Source: Candidatus Obscuribacteraceae bacterium (GTDB taxonomy: Bacteria > Cyanobacteriota > Vampirovibrionia > Obscuribacterales > Obscuribacteraceae). Taken from it: 64,000 nucleotides of DNA. Positions 9,017 to 19,181 of the stretch are shown here, piece after piece (position 1 is the first letter of the stretch; each line of letters starts with the position of its first letter). Location of the stretch: positions 224,001 through 288,000 of the forward strand of contig JBGASG010000001.1 of the NCBI GenBank assembly GCA_044229845.1, in the 5' to 3' direction. Below the pieces are notes generated by a model. That model saw only the letters and a list, made by a program, of their open reading frames with translations. It was not told the origin of the DNA and did not search any database. The translations under genes and the position numbers were made by a program.

Positions 9017-10678
9017 ATGGATGATGAGAAACACGCTGTGCAAAAGCTTTCTGTGCCGCTGGCGATTGTCGCAATCACGGTACTGGGATTTTTGATGCGC
9101 TTACAGACGTTGCACCTTGGTCTCTGGCGAGACGAGATTTATACGCAACAGTTTGCCAGGGTGAACGGCTTTGCCCAACTGGTAGAGGCGATGCGGTTCA
9201 CCGATTACAATCCGCCTGCCTATTACTTGTTGATGCAGCTTTACTCCGCCATCTTTGGCACCAGCGAAACCGCCATGGTTTGGCCTTCAATTGTGCTGGG
9301 CACTGTGGCTATTCCTGCCGCTGCATGGCTGGCTGGTTGTTTCCGTTCGCGAACTGCGATCATTCTGGCACCGTTTCTACTGGCCATCACTCCTGAGGCC
9401 ATTTATTACTCCAATCAGGCCCGCAATCAGATATTGCTCGCCCTGCTGTTGTGTGTGGATCTGACCATCTTCTTTCGCGCTCTGCAGGCTGATCTGGACG
9501 GACGTGCTCGACAACGAAATCTCTGGCTGGTGGCGTTCGCGGTGCTGGTGGCGCTGACGTTTTACACCAGTTTTTCGGGCGTGCTGGCGATGGTGGCACT
9601 GGCCGGCGGTTTCTTTGCTGTCTGGGTCTACGAGCGGCGGTCTCGATTGATCCCCTATGCGCTGGCGCTTCTCGTACCGGCGTTGTCCTATTTGTTCTGG
9701 ATGCCGATAATGTTGGCGCAGCAAAAAGTCGGGGTCCCCTGGTGGGACAAGAACACTTCACTGAGCCAGATGCCGCTCATGTTCTTATCGAACATCGCGT
9801 GTTTGTTTCCCTTGCCTTTTCCAGTTTCCTTTTTTGTCAGCACTGGATTATTGCTGGTGGTGCTGCTTCTGTGTGTCTGGAAAGCCCGCTCCCTCTGGGA
9901 TCTCGAACCGGAGCCGCTGAAGCGACTGCAGTTGTGGCTGTCGACTAATCATAGCTGGCGCTTCTGTCTTATGCTGACGGTCTTTCTGCTGGTGCCGATT
10001 AGTTTGTTTGGCAACATCACCGGGTTTCAGACAGGATACTTTCGCTACATGGCTCCCTTTTGTCCGGCCGGTTCGGTGGCCATGGCATTGGTTTTCGAGT
10101 GTCTCTACCGACTGATCGACGGTGTTGGAAACGTTCGTCGTCTGGTGGCAAATGTGGTGGCGGGGATAGCGCTTGTCGCTCTCCTGGCGGCGGACGTCAT
10201 GTACTGCGTATCTGCCGCTACGCTGCCCAAGTCTGGATTTCGCGCGATGGCTCGCGACGCACAACAAGGTAAGTACGATCAATCTGTGGTCGTCGTGGCC
10301 ACTGATGCCTGTGGGCTGACGTATCAGTATTATCTGGACGAATATAAGGTTGACCCGCAGCGGTACGCCCTCATTGGTTTTGCCCTCGAGAAGCCTGTGC
10401 CGGTGCCCTGCAATATTTATGCGCAAGCGTGGCAGGATGAAAACGCGGTCGCCCGTACTCTGGCGCTCATCGACCAGACTTTGCGTCAGAAGCACTGGAC
10501 TCGAGTCGTTCTAGCCATGGATGTTTTTCAGCCCGATCTGAAAACGTTTCCTGCAAAGAAACGCATGCAAGAACTCTACGAGGCGCTGAAAAGCACCTAT
10601 GACGTCAAGGGTGAAACTGTATACGGTGGCGAACTGGAGCAACCGACCGTAACGGTTTTCGAAGTGAAGAAACGCTGA
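9017..10678 (+). CDS. GT-C fold membrane glycosyltransferase (ArnT/PMT-like)
   Basis: TM1 followed by LWRDE and NPPAYY, about 11-13 hydrophobic helices and a soluble C-terminal domain. The start is approximate (MDDEKH). Confidence 0.8.
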   Translation: MDDEKHAVQKLSVPLAIVAITVLGFLMRLQTLHLGLWRDEIYTQQFARVNGFAQLVEAMRFTDYNPPAYYLLMQLYSAIFGTSETAMVWPSIVLGTVAIPAAAWLAGCFRSRTAIILAPFLLAITPEAIYYSNQARNQILLALLLCVDLTIFFRALQADLDGRARQRNLWLVAFAVLVALTFYTSFSGVLAMVALAGGFFAVWVYERRSRLIPYALALLVPALSYLFWMPIMLAQQKVGVPWWDKNTSLSQMPLMFLSNIACLFPLPFPVSFFVSTGLLLVVLLLCVWKARSLWDLEPEPLKRLQLWLSTNHSWRFCLMLTVFLLVPISLFGNITGFQTGYFRYMAPFCPAGSVAMALVFECLYRLIDGVGNVRRLVANVVAGIALVALLAADVMYCVSAATLPKSGFRAMARDAQQGKYDQSVVVVATDACGLTYQYYLDEYKVDPQRYALIGFALEKPVPVPCNIYAQAWQDENAVARTLALIDQTLRQKHWTRVVLAMDVFQPDLKTFPAKKRMQELYEALKSTYDVKGETVYGGELEQPTVTVFEVKKR

Positions 10679-10681
10679 CTG

Positions 10682-11323
10682 TCAGTCTTTTGAAGCTACG
10701 TAAGTGACGTAAGGAAACGCCCAGGAGGGCGGGTAATTCTGGTGCACTTCAATGTTGGAAAAACCGGCTTCTTTGATCAGATTTTTCAGATGGTCGACAT
10801 CCATGAAGTCTGAGCGCTGCCAGTAGAAGATCCAATCGAAGATGTGGGCGTGGGCATACTTGATTAGCGAGACGCCCGGTTCTATTTCCCTAACAACCAT
10901 GCGGCCGCCCGGCTTCAGAAGGTGGAAGATCTTGTTGATGATCGTCTTTTGATTTTGCTTGCCGGCATGGTGCAGCACGTCGACCATGACGACACAATCC
11001 CAGGAACGATCCTCCAGATCGAGAGCATTTTGATGACTGAAAGTGAGGTTCTGGGGGCGCTTAGATTCGTTGGCGGCGACGATGCGTTTTTTGTCCAGGT
11101 CTATGCCGTGCACTTCTGCATCCGGATTTTGCATCGATAGGTAATGGGACAGAAGCCCAAAGCCGCAACCGATTTCCAGAATTGATTTGGGTTGAAACTG
11201 CTTGAGCAGACCGATCAGCAAATCCGGCGAGTTCTGGTTGCCCAGCGATTTGGCCTTGAGCCACATGCGCAGAAAGGAACCGGGATAGGTATCGATAACG
11301 CTGTTTAGTTCTTCGACCGGCAT
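10682..11323 (-). CDS. Class I SAM-dependent methyltransferase
   Basis: ILEIGCGFG, GIDLD, DVLHH and LLKPGG. Confidence 0.85.
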   Translation of the reverse strand: MPVEELNSVIDTYPGSFLRMWLKAKSLGNQNSPDLLIGLLKQFQPKSILEIGCGFGLLSHYLSMQNPDAEVHGIDLDKKRIVAANESKRPQNLTFSHQNALDLEDRSWDCVVMVDVLHHAGKQNQKTIINKIFHLLKPGGRMVVREIEPGVSLIKYAHAHIFDWIFYWQRSDFMDVDHLKNLIKEAGFSNIEVHQNYPPSWAFPYVTYVASKD

Positions 11324-11364
11324 GTCAGTATAAACTTCGCTTCACCGCAGTCAGTTTAACCTTA

Positions 11365-12684
11365 TTATTGCTTGCGACTGCGTAGAAGCAAACTGACTTC
11401 GCTAAGCAAGGACGGCATGTCGAATGGTTTCGGCATATACAGATCGGCGCCTGACTCCAGTGCCAGAGACTGGTCTGGGTTGCTGGTCACCATGACAATC
11501 GATATGCCGCGCAGTTCTTCGTCTTGTTTGACGGTTCGGCACAACAGCCAGCCGTCCATGACTCGATCAGGCAAGTTGGATTCCAGAAGAATCAGGTCCG
11601 GTTTTTCATGGCGGGCGAAATTGAGGGCGTGATCGGCGGAATTGGTCACCTCCACTGTGTATCCCTCCAGAGAGAGGATCTCCTGCAGAAGACACGCCAT
11701 CGCACCATCGGGCTCTACGACCAGAATCCGTGAGACGCGCACGTCGCGGCGTTCTTTGCGTTTTTTCGAACGAGTGGTGTCATCGACCCAGCTGGAGCCA
11801 TAATTGAGCTTGGCCGTGTACCGGTAGTCACGAGAGGTGGTGAGGACGTCGACGTATCCTTGAAATCGACGCGTCGAACTGGACACGATACCGATGGCAA
11901 TCGACATCAGTGGCACACGTCTGCGGATGCCCCCGCGCCCGGTGGAGACCAGATAGCCGCGGTCGATGACATCCGGCGGATAAAAGCGTTTGCTGATTTC
12001 ATCGAAAGCCTGGCAGATGCGCTCCGCTAACTGGATGCGCCTTTCCGGCGAGGTGATGACGAGAAAGTCGTCGGCTTCTATGTGCCCGGCAAACTCATTG
12101 TCAGCCACGGTCTCTGTAAGAATGGCTCCCAGTGCCTTGATCAGCTGGTCGCCGGCGATGTCGCCGTAAGTTTCGTTGTAAACGCGCAGATTGTTCAAGT
12201 CTATGGAAAGGGCTGCCCACGGGCGCTCCGATACGAGGCATTGCTCGAGCATGCGGCGGATTAAGTTGGCCCCCGGTAATTGCGTCAGGGAGTGCAAAAG
12301 CTCTTCCTGACGGCGTCGCAAGTGAGCGAGGACGCGAATCGCCAGCTCGCTTTTGTCGATGTCTTCGGCGAGCACGTCGTCTGCGCCATAGCGAAAACTG
12401 CTGATTCTCTCGGTGATGTCGTTTGATTGCTGCAAAAGCACCAGCACCGGCCGTGGTGGCGGTAAGGTGGCGCGGATTTGCTGGCAATACAATTTGCCGT
12501 CACCCTCCGGCATGTGCTCGGAAAGCAGGATCAGGTCCGGATGCACAAAAGAAAGCAACTCATTGGCGCTTTCGAAGGAGGTGACCGTGTGAATGCGGGC
12601 GCCGGTCAATCCCAGAACTTCTCCGTATTCGTCGGCGCGTTCCTCGTTGTGGATGACCATGATCACGGGGGTGGGCAACAGCAT
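11365..12684 (-). CDS. REC-GGDEF-REC protein with degenerate sites
   Basis: Two receiver-like domains (PDLILLSEHMP; PDLILLESNLP...KPF) flank a GGDEF-like domain (DLNNLRVYNETYG...GHIEADDF). Confidence 0.8.
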   Translation of the reverse strand: MLLPTPVIMVIHNEERADEYGEVLGLTGARIHTVTSFESANELLSFVHPDLILLSEHMPEGDGKLYCQQIRATLPPPRPVLVLLQQSNDITERISSFRYGADDVLAEDIDKSELAIRVLAHLRRRQEELLHSLTQLPGANLIRRMLEQCLVSERPWAALSIDLNNLRVYNETYGDIAGDQLIKALGAILTETVADNEFAGHIEADDFLVITSPERRIQLAERICQAFDEISKRFYPPDVIDRGYLVSTGRGGIRRRVPLMSIAIGIVSSSTRRFQGYVDVLTTSRDYRYTAKLNYGSSWVDDTTRSKKRKERRDVRVSRILVVEPDGAMACLLQEILSLEGYTVEVTNSADHALNFARHEKPDLILLESNLPDRVMDGWLLCRTVKQDEELRGISIVMVTSNPDQSLALESGADLYMPKPFDMPSLLSEVSLLLRSRKQ

Positions 12685-13787
12685 CAGCCACGTCCTCGAG
12701 CTGCCTGCTGTTCGAGACTGGCGGCCGGTAACCTGACGGTGAAGGTGGTGCCGCCCGAACGGCTGGAGACGACGATGGTGCCGCCCAGTGCCACCACCAG
12801 CGATTTGGTTATGTAGAGCCCGAGTCCGGTGCCTTCGGTTTGACGAACCAGAGGATCATCGAGACGGCTGAATTTCGTAAAGATGTCTGGAATTTTTTCA
12901 GGCGGTATGCCTGCTCCCTGGTCGGTGACGGAGAATTCCACCATCTCCTGCGCACCCTCAATGGTGCGGGCATTGACTGTGATGGTCGTGTCCTGTGGCG
13001 AGTACTTAATGGCGTTATCGATTAAGTTGGTGAGGATTTGCTCCAGCCGGTCGCCGTCGGCCCAGATCGCCGGCAGCCCCTGCGGGATGCGTTGCAGTAT
13101 CTGGTGATATTCGGCTTTGTCTGAGAGATTTCTGACTACGCGATTGACGGCTTCTTCCAAGTCGAGCGCGCGGATTGTCAGTTGCAGGCGCCGTGACTCC
13201 AGTCTGGACACAGCCAAAAGGTCTTCTACCAGGCGGGTGAGCCGGTCGGCCTGGTCTTTTATGATGCCGATATAACGCCTTTGCTGCGTCGAATCTAATC
13301 TATCGCCGGCGCGCAAAATCGTGTCGGCGAAGCCTTTGATGCTGGTCAAAGGCGTCCGCAATTCGTGGCTGACGGTGGAAACGAACTCAGTCTGCGCCTG
13401 CTGAACCGTGTTGGCCTGGACGATGTAGACAACCGTCATAAAGCCTTCGAGTTTGTCTGACTTGTCGTAGAGCGGAATGTGGCTGACGGGCATGGTCAGG
13501 TCTGTGCCTGCCCTGGAGATGACGATGCCGTTGTGGACGGCGGGATTTTCCGGGCTGGCCAGCGCCAGCTTCTCGAACTTGGCTTCGCCGCTGCCTGTTT
13601 CTCCGGCGCAGGAGCATTCGACTAAGCTGAACAGGTGCTTGCCGACCAAATTGGCTTCCGTGTCGCCAACTGCCCGCGAAAGCGCCGGGTTGCAACTCAG
13701 GACCTGTCCGCGTTCATCTGAGACGAGGATTCCATCTGCGGCATGGCTAACCAGGCTGCGGTAAATATCTTGCGACAGGGCAGTCAC
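12684..13787 (-). CDS. Cytoplasmic PAS-domain sensor histidine kinase
   Basis: N-terminal PAS domain, VSHELRTPLTSI, NLIDNAIKY, DQGAG and GTGLGL. The stop overlaps the next start. Confidence 0.9.
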   Translation of the reverse strand: MTALSQDIYRSLVSHAADGILVSDERGQVLSCNPALSRAVGDTEANLVGKHLFSLVECSCAGETGSGEAKFEKLALASPENPAVHNGIVISRAGTDLTMPVSHIPLYDKSDKLEGFMTVVYIVQANTVQQAQTEFVSTVSHELRTPLTSIKGFADTILRAGDRLDSTQQRRYIGIIKDQADRLTRLVEDLLAVSRLESRRLQLTIRALDLEEAVNRVVRNLSDKAEYHQILQRIPQGLPAIWADGDRLEQILTNLIDNAIKYSPQDTTITVNARTIEGAQEMVEFSVTDQGAGIPPEKIPDIFTKFSRLDDPLVRQTEGTGLGLYITKSLVVALGGTIVVSSRSGGTTFTVRLPAASLEQQAARGRG

Positions 13788-13876
13788 GCGAGTATCTCTA
13801 TAGAAGTCAGCGAATAACTCTCCAGACCTAACTTAACATCGCCAGATCCAGGGGCACGCCATTACAAGGGTTTCTT

Positions 13877-14293
13877 TTAAGAATCCCCTTGAGCCTCACT
13901 GGATGGGCTTTCTCGGGTTTGCTGCAAGACCGCCAGCAGCCGGTCATAGTCAGTCAGATACAGGTATCCCAAAAGTGCTTCGAATGCGGTCGCCTTGCGG
14001 TACGCGGCCATCGACTGCTTGCCGGTTGCCTGTCCTCTGACATTGCGGGCGCGCCTGACTACGTCCTTTTCTTCTTGGGTGAGGGAGTCGTGAATGGCAT
14101 CCAGAATCACTGCCTGGTGCGCGGCGGAAGCGCGTGACACCATGCGTTCGTGCATTTCCTTGACGGTGACTACATGCAAAACTTCGTTTTCACGCTCGAA
14201 AAGGTGAAAAACGGCATCACCCAGATGGGCGAGTATGCGGGGAGCGATATCGCGCGCTTGCTGAACCGGAAGCGGTGCCGCCCGCAAAAACAT
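13877..14293 (-). CDS. mrnC: Mini-ribonuclease III
   Basis: LAHLGDAVF, VRRARN and YRKATAFEALLGYLYL; no dsRBD. Confidence 0.8.
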   Translation of the reverse strand: MFLRAAPLPVQQARDIAPRILAHLGDAVFHLFERENEVLHVVTVKEMHERMVSRASAAHQAVILDAIHDSLTQEEKDVVRRARNVRGQATGKQSMAAYRKATAFEALLGYLYLTDYDRLLAVLQQTRESPSSEAQGDS

Positions 14294-14301
14294 GGGGGCG
14301 T

Positions 14302-15114
14302 CTAACTGTCCTTACTGGATCGCGACTTGCGCGATTCATCGTGATTGTGCCGATGTTTTGATTGGCGCATCGAATGACGCAGCACTTGCAATCCGAAGCT
14401 GGGCAGGGAAGAGCCCATGCGACGCCAGCGCCAGGGCTCCACTAAAAGCCGGTAGAGCCATTCAAGATGCATGCGCCGCATAAATAGCGGTGCGCGCTTG
14501 ACGTTCCCTGCCCAGACATCGAAACTTCCGCCAACGCCAACCAGGACGGATTTGGAAAGAACCGCATTCCAGCGGTCGATGAAAAACTCTTGTTTCGGTA
14601 CGCCCAGTGCCACCAACACCAAATCTGGTGCCTGTTCGGCGATGTTCTCGACGATTGTCTCTTCGTCGTCCGGTCCGAAGTAGCCGTGTTGAACGGCGAC
14701 TATTTCCAGACCAGGATAGCGAGCGGGGAGTTCGCGCTTCAATTTCTCCAGGACTTCCGGTTTGCCGCCCAGAAGCGCGACGCGTTTTTTGCGCAGCGCG
14801 GCTCGCGACAACGATGCTTGGGCCAGCTCGATACCGGGCAGGCGGTTGACCGAGCCACCACTGAGGCGGACAGCCCAGACCACGCCGGCGCCGTCGGGAA
14901 TGATCAGGTGCGCGTGGCGAATGATCCTGTCGAGTTCGGAATTTTGCTGCGCTGCCACTACCATTTCGGCGTTCAACGTGACGATATGCAGACCGCGACC
15001 GGCGCGCCATGCATCTTCGATTACTTCCAACGCCAAGCCTTCATCCACGACATCGACGGGATAACCGAGAACTTGTTGGCGAGACCTGTTTGTAGCAGAC
15101 AAGGTTGACATCAC
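14302..15114 (-). CDS. WecB/TagA/CpsF family glycosyltransferase (GT26)
   Basis: VTLNAE, IPDGAGV, GIEL, HGYF, VALGVPKQE, GVGGSFDV and EWLYRLLVEPWR. Confidence 0.9.
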   Translation of the reverse strand: MMSTLSATNRSRQQVLGYPVDVVDEGLALEVIEDAWRAGRGLHIVTLNAEMVVAAQQNSELDRIIRHAHLIIPDGAGVVWAVRLSGGSVNRLPGIELAQASLSRAALRKKRVALLGGKPEVLEKLKRELPARYPGLEIVAVQHGYFGPDDEETIVENIAEQAPDLVLVALGVPKQEFFIDRWNAVLSKSVLVGVGGSFDVWAGNVKRAPLFMRRMHLEWLYRLLVEPWRWRRMGSSLPSFGLQVLRHSMRQSKHRHNHDESRKSRSSKDS

Positions 15115-15247
15115 ATGTGGTGCCCGCTGGCGGTAGCTTGGACCCTCTCTAGCCGTCTCGATGAGATCGGTCTAGTAAGTTTTGAACATAAGTCGGCAAT
15201 CAGAAATAGCCGCGATTCAGGCTGGGAGAGAGTTGAAAGCTTTCTGC

Positions 15248-16408
15248 CTAGCTTCCGCTTTTAGTGTTAAGAATTCTAGCGAGCACGTCAAAGTTCTGGC
15301 AAGCGAGATTTTTTGCAACTTGCGACTTCTCCGATGCTAATCTGGCCAGGTGGGAACGGCTTGCCAAGCCGCTCTTGAGAGTGTCGGTCCACAATGCTTT
15401 GTCCAGCTCCTTGGTCAGATTTAAGATCGGCTGCTGAAACTCCCTGAGCAGATGGGTCACTTTGGGATCGTAGTCAATGCCGACTACCGGCACCCCCATC
15501 TTCAGTGCAATCAAAAGCGCGTGTAACCGCATGCCTACAAGGAAATGGAAGCGGCTGAGCAACGCTACCCATTGGCTGGGTAATGTGAGTGCCGTCACAT
15601 CGAGCACGTGAATTGTCGATGCCGGGCGGCCGGCCGCTTGCCAGTGGGCGGAGAATTTGCTGAGCGGCTCTTCATCTTGAGCGCCCTGCATCGGCAGCAG
15701 GTAGATATGATTATCGGACGGGAGGCAGTCGGCAAGCGCTTCCGCGAGTGTCTTGATGTGCTCGTCGGTGAGGTCGGCGGACGGGCGCAACGAGAGTCCG
15801 ACGCTTTTCTCTTTGTCCTGGAGCTTGTCAGCCAGAGCGGCCGGCAACGCAGTTTCCTCCAGCAGCCAGACTGGATCGGCGGTGCGCTTGCACTTGAGTC
15901 TCCACTCATCGATCAAGCCTGCCGAAACATCGTCGCGCACAGTTATCTCGTCGGCGTACTTGAAGAACTCGCGCGTCAACTGTGTGGCCAGAATTCCCCG
16001 CAAGGGTCCAAGTCCCTGTGCGTAAATCATCACTTTGGCGCCGGCAGCTTTAGCGGCGATGATCTGCATTCCGTAGAATAAGATCGATCCAATCGTTTTG
16101 GTGTTTTGAAAAAGCCCGCCGCCGCCGCTGACAAAAATATCAGCTTGTTTGAGTGTCTCCAGAAGCGTCGGTATCTTGCCGCGCGGAATCGAACGCACGC
16201 CGAACTTTTGCGCCGTCCGCTCAGGATTGGCCGACAAGACGACAATCTCTTCCGGGTTGCGCAACCGCTTCAACTCGTTGGTGAGCTCTTCGAGAATCGC
16301 TTCGTCGCCCAGGTTCTCGAACCCGTAGTAGCCGGAGACCACCACTTTGCGAGCACTTTTCCCAAAAGCCGCCGCGGGCGGATCTGCAGATCGATTTGAT
16401 GTTGTCAT
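15248..16408 (-). CDS. csaB: Polysaccharide pyruvyl transferase
   Basis: SGYYGFENLGDEAIL, SGGGGLFQ, AQGLGP, VRD, GMRLHALL and YDPKV. Confidence 0.85.
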   Translation of the reverse strand: MTTSNRSADPPAAAFGKSARKVVVSGYYGFENLGDEAILEELTNELKRLRNPEEIVVLSANPERTAQKFGVRSIPRGKIPTLLETLKQADIFVSGGGGLFQNTKTIGSILFYGMQIIAAKAAGAKVMIYAQGLGPLRGILATQLTREFFKYADEITVRDDVSAGLIDEWRLKCKRTADPVWLLEETALPAALADKLQDKEKSVGLSLRPSADLTDEHIKTLAEALADCLPSDNHIYLLPMQGAQDEEPLSKFSAHWQAAGRPASTIHVLDVTALTLPSQWVALLSRFHFLVGMRLHALLIALKMGVPVVGIDYDPKVTHLLREFQQPILNLTKELDKALWTDTLKSGLASRSHLARLASEKSQVAKNLACQNFDVLARILNTKSGS

Positions 16409-16511
16409 GCCATGCCGAAGGGCGAACAGTGGTTCAATATATAAGACTCAAGGATAGCAGGACGGCCGCGCCCGGACGACGCAGGTACGTGAGAGAGTAC
16501 GTGAAAGAGCA

Positions 16512-17681
16512 GTGAAAACAACTCACCGGCGCTTCCCCGACGCCGAACAGCTGAGCGCGTTTTTTCGCGACACTAAAGGCGATGCCGAAAGCGTCGTCCC
16601 CGGACCGCCGCGTCAACTGCCGAAGACGCCGGCTGCTCAGGAAGTAATCTTTGCCGACCTCGGTGCCGGTTTGAGTTCGATCACTGAATACACCAGGTCG
16701 GATCAGGTGATCAGCGTTCAGTGCGGCATCACGATCGGTGATTTGCAAAACGAGTTAGCCGGCAATCACCACTGGTTGCCGGTAGAAGCGGCGCCTGAGC
16801 AGACGCTGCTCTCGCTGGTATGCGGCGGCGATGCCGGTGCTCTCGAACACGGCTTCGGCGGTGTTCGCGATCTGGTGCTGGGGCTGACAGTCATGCTTTC
16901 CGACGGCACGACGATTGTGTCAGGCGGCAAGGTGGTTAAGAATGTCACCGGATATGACACCACCAAACTCTTTGTCGGCTCGCACGGCTGGCTGGGTATT
17001 CCGCTGGCCGCCCACCTGCGACTTTATGCCCTGCCGCAAAGACAACTGACGCTGCTCTATGCCTTTCCCTCGCTGGACGCGGCTTTTGGCGGACTGCATG
17101 CTCTCTTGGCTCTGGGACTGCCCCTGTCCTGCTGCGAGTTATTTTCGGCGGCCGCTCTGAAATCAAAAGGTCTAGCACCGCCAGCGGTGCCGGAAGGTTC
17201 ATCCTATTTAGCTCTGCAAGTGCACGGACATCCGCAGGTCGTGGATGAAGTGTCCGCGGCCGCGCACACTGCCTTGCAGTCTGACGGTACGCGCGCGGAC
17301 GCGGCGTCCGACCACATCTGGTCAAACCCGCCCGACGATGCCGGCGCCGGTTATGCCAGAGTACAGATCACTGTGCCGCCCGAGAGCATGCGCCTGGTTT
17401 TAAAAGATCCAGAACTCCTGATTCTGTCCTGGCAAGCGCGCCCCTGGCGCGGCGGGCTGACATTCAGTGTCTCGAGCGCCGATGTCGACTCCACCGTCGC
17501 CCAAGTGAAGTCGGTGGTGGCACGCTTGAAACTGACGGCCTCGCTGGCTCATCCCACCGAGCGCCACTGGTTGAACGTCGACCGTGTCCCCGAGCGTGAT
17601 TCGGCTGCCGACCTGCTCAAAGATGAGCTGAAAAAGCGTTTCGACCCACCCAATATATTGAACCGATTGGTGCGCCTCTGA
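16512..17681 (+). CDS. glcE: FAD-binding oxidoreductase, glycolate oxidase GlcE-like
   Basis: RDLVLG...GGKVVKNVTGYDTTKLFVGSHGWLG and C-terminal LKKRFDPPNILN; coupled to glcF. Confidence 0.75.
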   Translation: MKTTHRRFPDAEQLSAFFRDTKGDAESVVPGPPRQLPKTPAAQEVIFADLGAGLSSITEYTRSDQVISVQCGITIGDLQNELAGNHHWLPVEAAPEQTLLSLVCGGDAGALEHGFGGVRDLVLGLTVMLSDGTTIVSGGKVVKNVTGYDTTKLFVGSHGWLGIPLAAHLRLYALPQRQLTLLYAFPSLDAAFGGLHALLALGLPLSCCELFSAAALKSKGLAPPAVPEGSSYLALQVHGHPQVVDEVSAAAHTALQSDGTRADAASDHIWSNPPDDAGAGYARVQITVPPESMRLVLKDPELLILSWQARPWRGGLTFSVSSADVDSTVAQVKSVVARLKLTASLAHPTERHWLNVDRVPERDSAADLLKDELKKRFDPPNILNRLVRL

Positions 17682-19081
17682 TGAGCGATCTGGAAAACAT
17701 TGTTGCCAACCAGGCTGAGGCGGCGACTGTGCCTGGCGATGCCGCCGGTGTGCCGGGGCGCGAGCCGGTGGGCTCAGGCGACGCCGATGCTCAGCAAACT
17801 GCCGGCGGACCGGTGACGGCGCCGTGCCAGACAGGCAAGGGTCTGATTGATCCGGAGTTGCTTTCCGCCTGCATTCACTGCGGGCTTTGCTTGCCCGCCT
17901 GTCCGACCTATCTGGTCACCGGTAAGGAAACCGAGTCTCCACGCGGACGCATACAACTTTTGGCTCTCATGGAAAAGGGCGAATTGCAGGGCGATGAGAA
18001 TCTTCTCTATCACATAGACACCTGCCTGGGCTGCATGGGCTGCCAGACTGCCTGTCCCTCCGGCGTGCACTACGAGCACATACTCGACCAGGCTCGCCCG
18101 CTTCTGGCTGAGCAGCGCAATCCTACTACCCGTGCGCTGATGCGGACGGTGTTCAGCAAGCTTTTGCCGGACTATCCCAAACTGCAGTGGATGGGAAAAC
18201 TGTTGCGCATCTGGCAGATGACTCACCTGGACGCGGTGCTGGATGCGGTGCCCCTGCTCAAGCAGTTTTTGGGCAAACTCAGTGACTGGCGCATGTTCTT
18301 GCCGCCTGTGCCGCCGCACAAAACGCTGCCCAAACAAGCCTGGCGCTCCGGCGAGAAGAAGGCTGAAGTACAGCTGTTTTCGGGCTGCATCATGGATGTC
18401 TTTTACAACGATATCAACCATGCGTGTGTGCGGCTTTTGACCGGGCAAAGAAACATTGTGCATACGCCCGAGCAGACCTGCTGCGGCGCGCTGGCTTTTC
18501 ATGCCGGCGAAACGGACATCGCGGTGCAACTGGCGAAGGTAAATATCGAACTTTTCGAAAGCACCAAAGGCGATATCATCGTCACCTCCGCCGGCTGTGG
18601 AGCGATGCTGAAGAACTACAGCACGCTTCTGGCTGGCGATCAAAACTGGCGCGAGCGCGCCCAGGATTTCTCGGAGCGCGTCAAGGACATTACCGAAACG
18701 CTGGCAGCCGGCAAGTTCATGGAAGCGCCGGCGCGCATGAAGAAGAAAGTCGCCTATCATGCCGCCTGCCACCTGGCGCACGTGCAGAAGGTGCGGGAGG
18801 CGCCCGCTGCTCTTCTGGCGCAGATTCCGGAAATCGAGCTGGTTCCTCTGGAAGAAGCTGAGCATTGCTGCGGTAGCGCCGGTATCTACAATCTCATACA
18901 CACCGAGCTTTCCATGAAAGTTCTGTCACGCAAAATGGCGTGCTTGAAGGACACGGACGCCGAAATATATGTGACCACTAATCCCGGCTGTCTCTTGCAG
19001 ATACAGGCCGGGGTGCGCGAGCAGAACCTGCCGGTGCGGGTTTGCCATCTGGCCGAGCTGCTCGACGAGGTCTATTCCTGA
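17681..19081 (+). CDS. glcF: Glycolate oxidase iron-sulfur subunit
   Basis: CIHCGLCLPACP, ESPRGR, CLGCMGCQTACP and two CCG domains. Confidence 0.85.
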   Translation: MSDLENIVANQAEAATVPGDAAGVPGREPVGSGDADAQQTAGGPVTAPCQTGKGLIDPELLSACIHCGLCLPACPTYLVTGKETESPRGRIQLLALMEKGELQGDENLLYHIDTCLGCMGCQTACPSGVHYEHILDQARPLLAEQRNPTTRALMRTVFSKLLPDYPKLQWMGKLLRIWQMTHLDAVLDAVPLLKQFLGKLSDWRMFLPPVPPHKTLPKQAWRSGEKKAEVQLFSGCIMDVFYNDINHACVRLLTGQRNIVHTPEQTCCGALAFHAGETDIAVQLAKVNIELFESTKGDIIVTSAGCGAMLKNYSTLLAGDQNWRERAQDFSERVKDITETLAAGKFMEAPARMKKKVAYHAACHLAHVQKVREAPAALLAQIPEIELVPLEEAEHCCGSAGIYNLIHTELSMKVLSRKMACLKDTDAEIYVTTNPGCLLQIQAGVREQNLPVRVCHLAELLDEVYS

Positions 19082-19181
19082 GGGCTCCATGACATCCCGG
19101 ATGGGCAGCTTTATAGCTTGTGATGCGGTGATCAGGGGCTGTCCGGCACGGCTATAATTACCCCTTGCGCTTAAGAAGCGC

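Noticed and set aside
15145..15231. Structured RNA between csaB and the WecB-family gene
   Set aside because: It shows only a short imperfect long-range pairing, on the non-coding strand, with no family signature.
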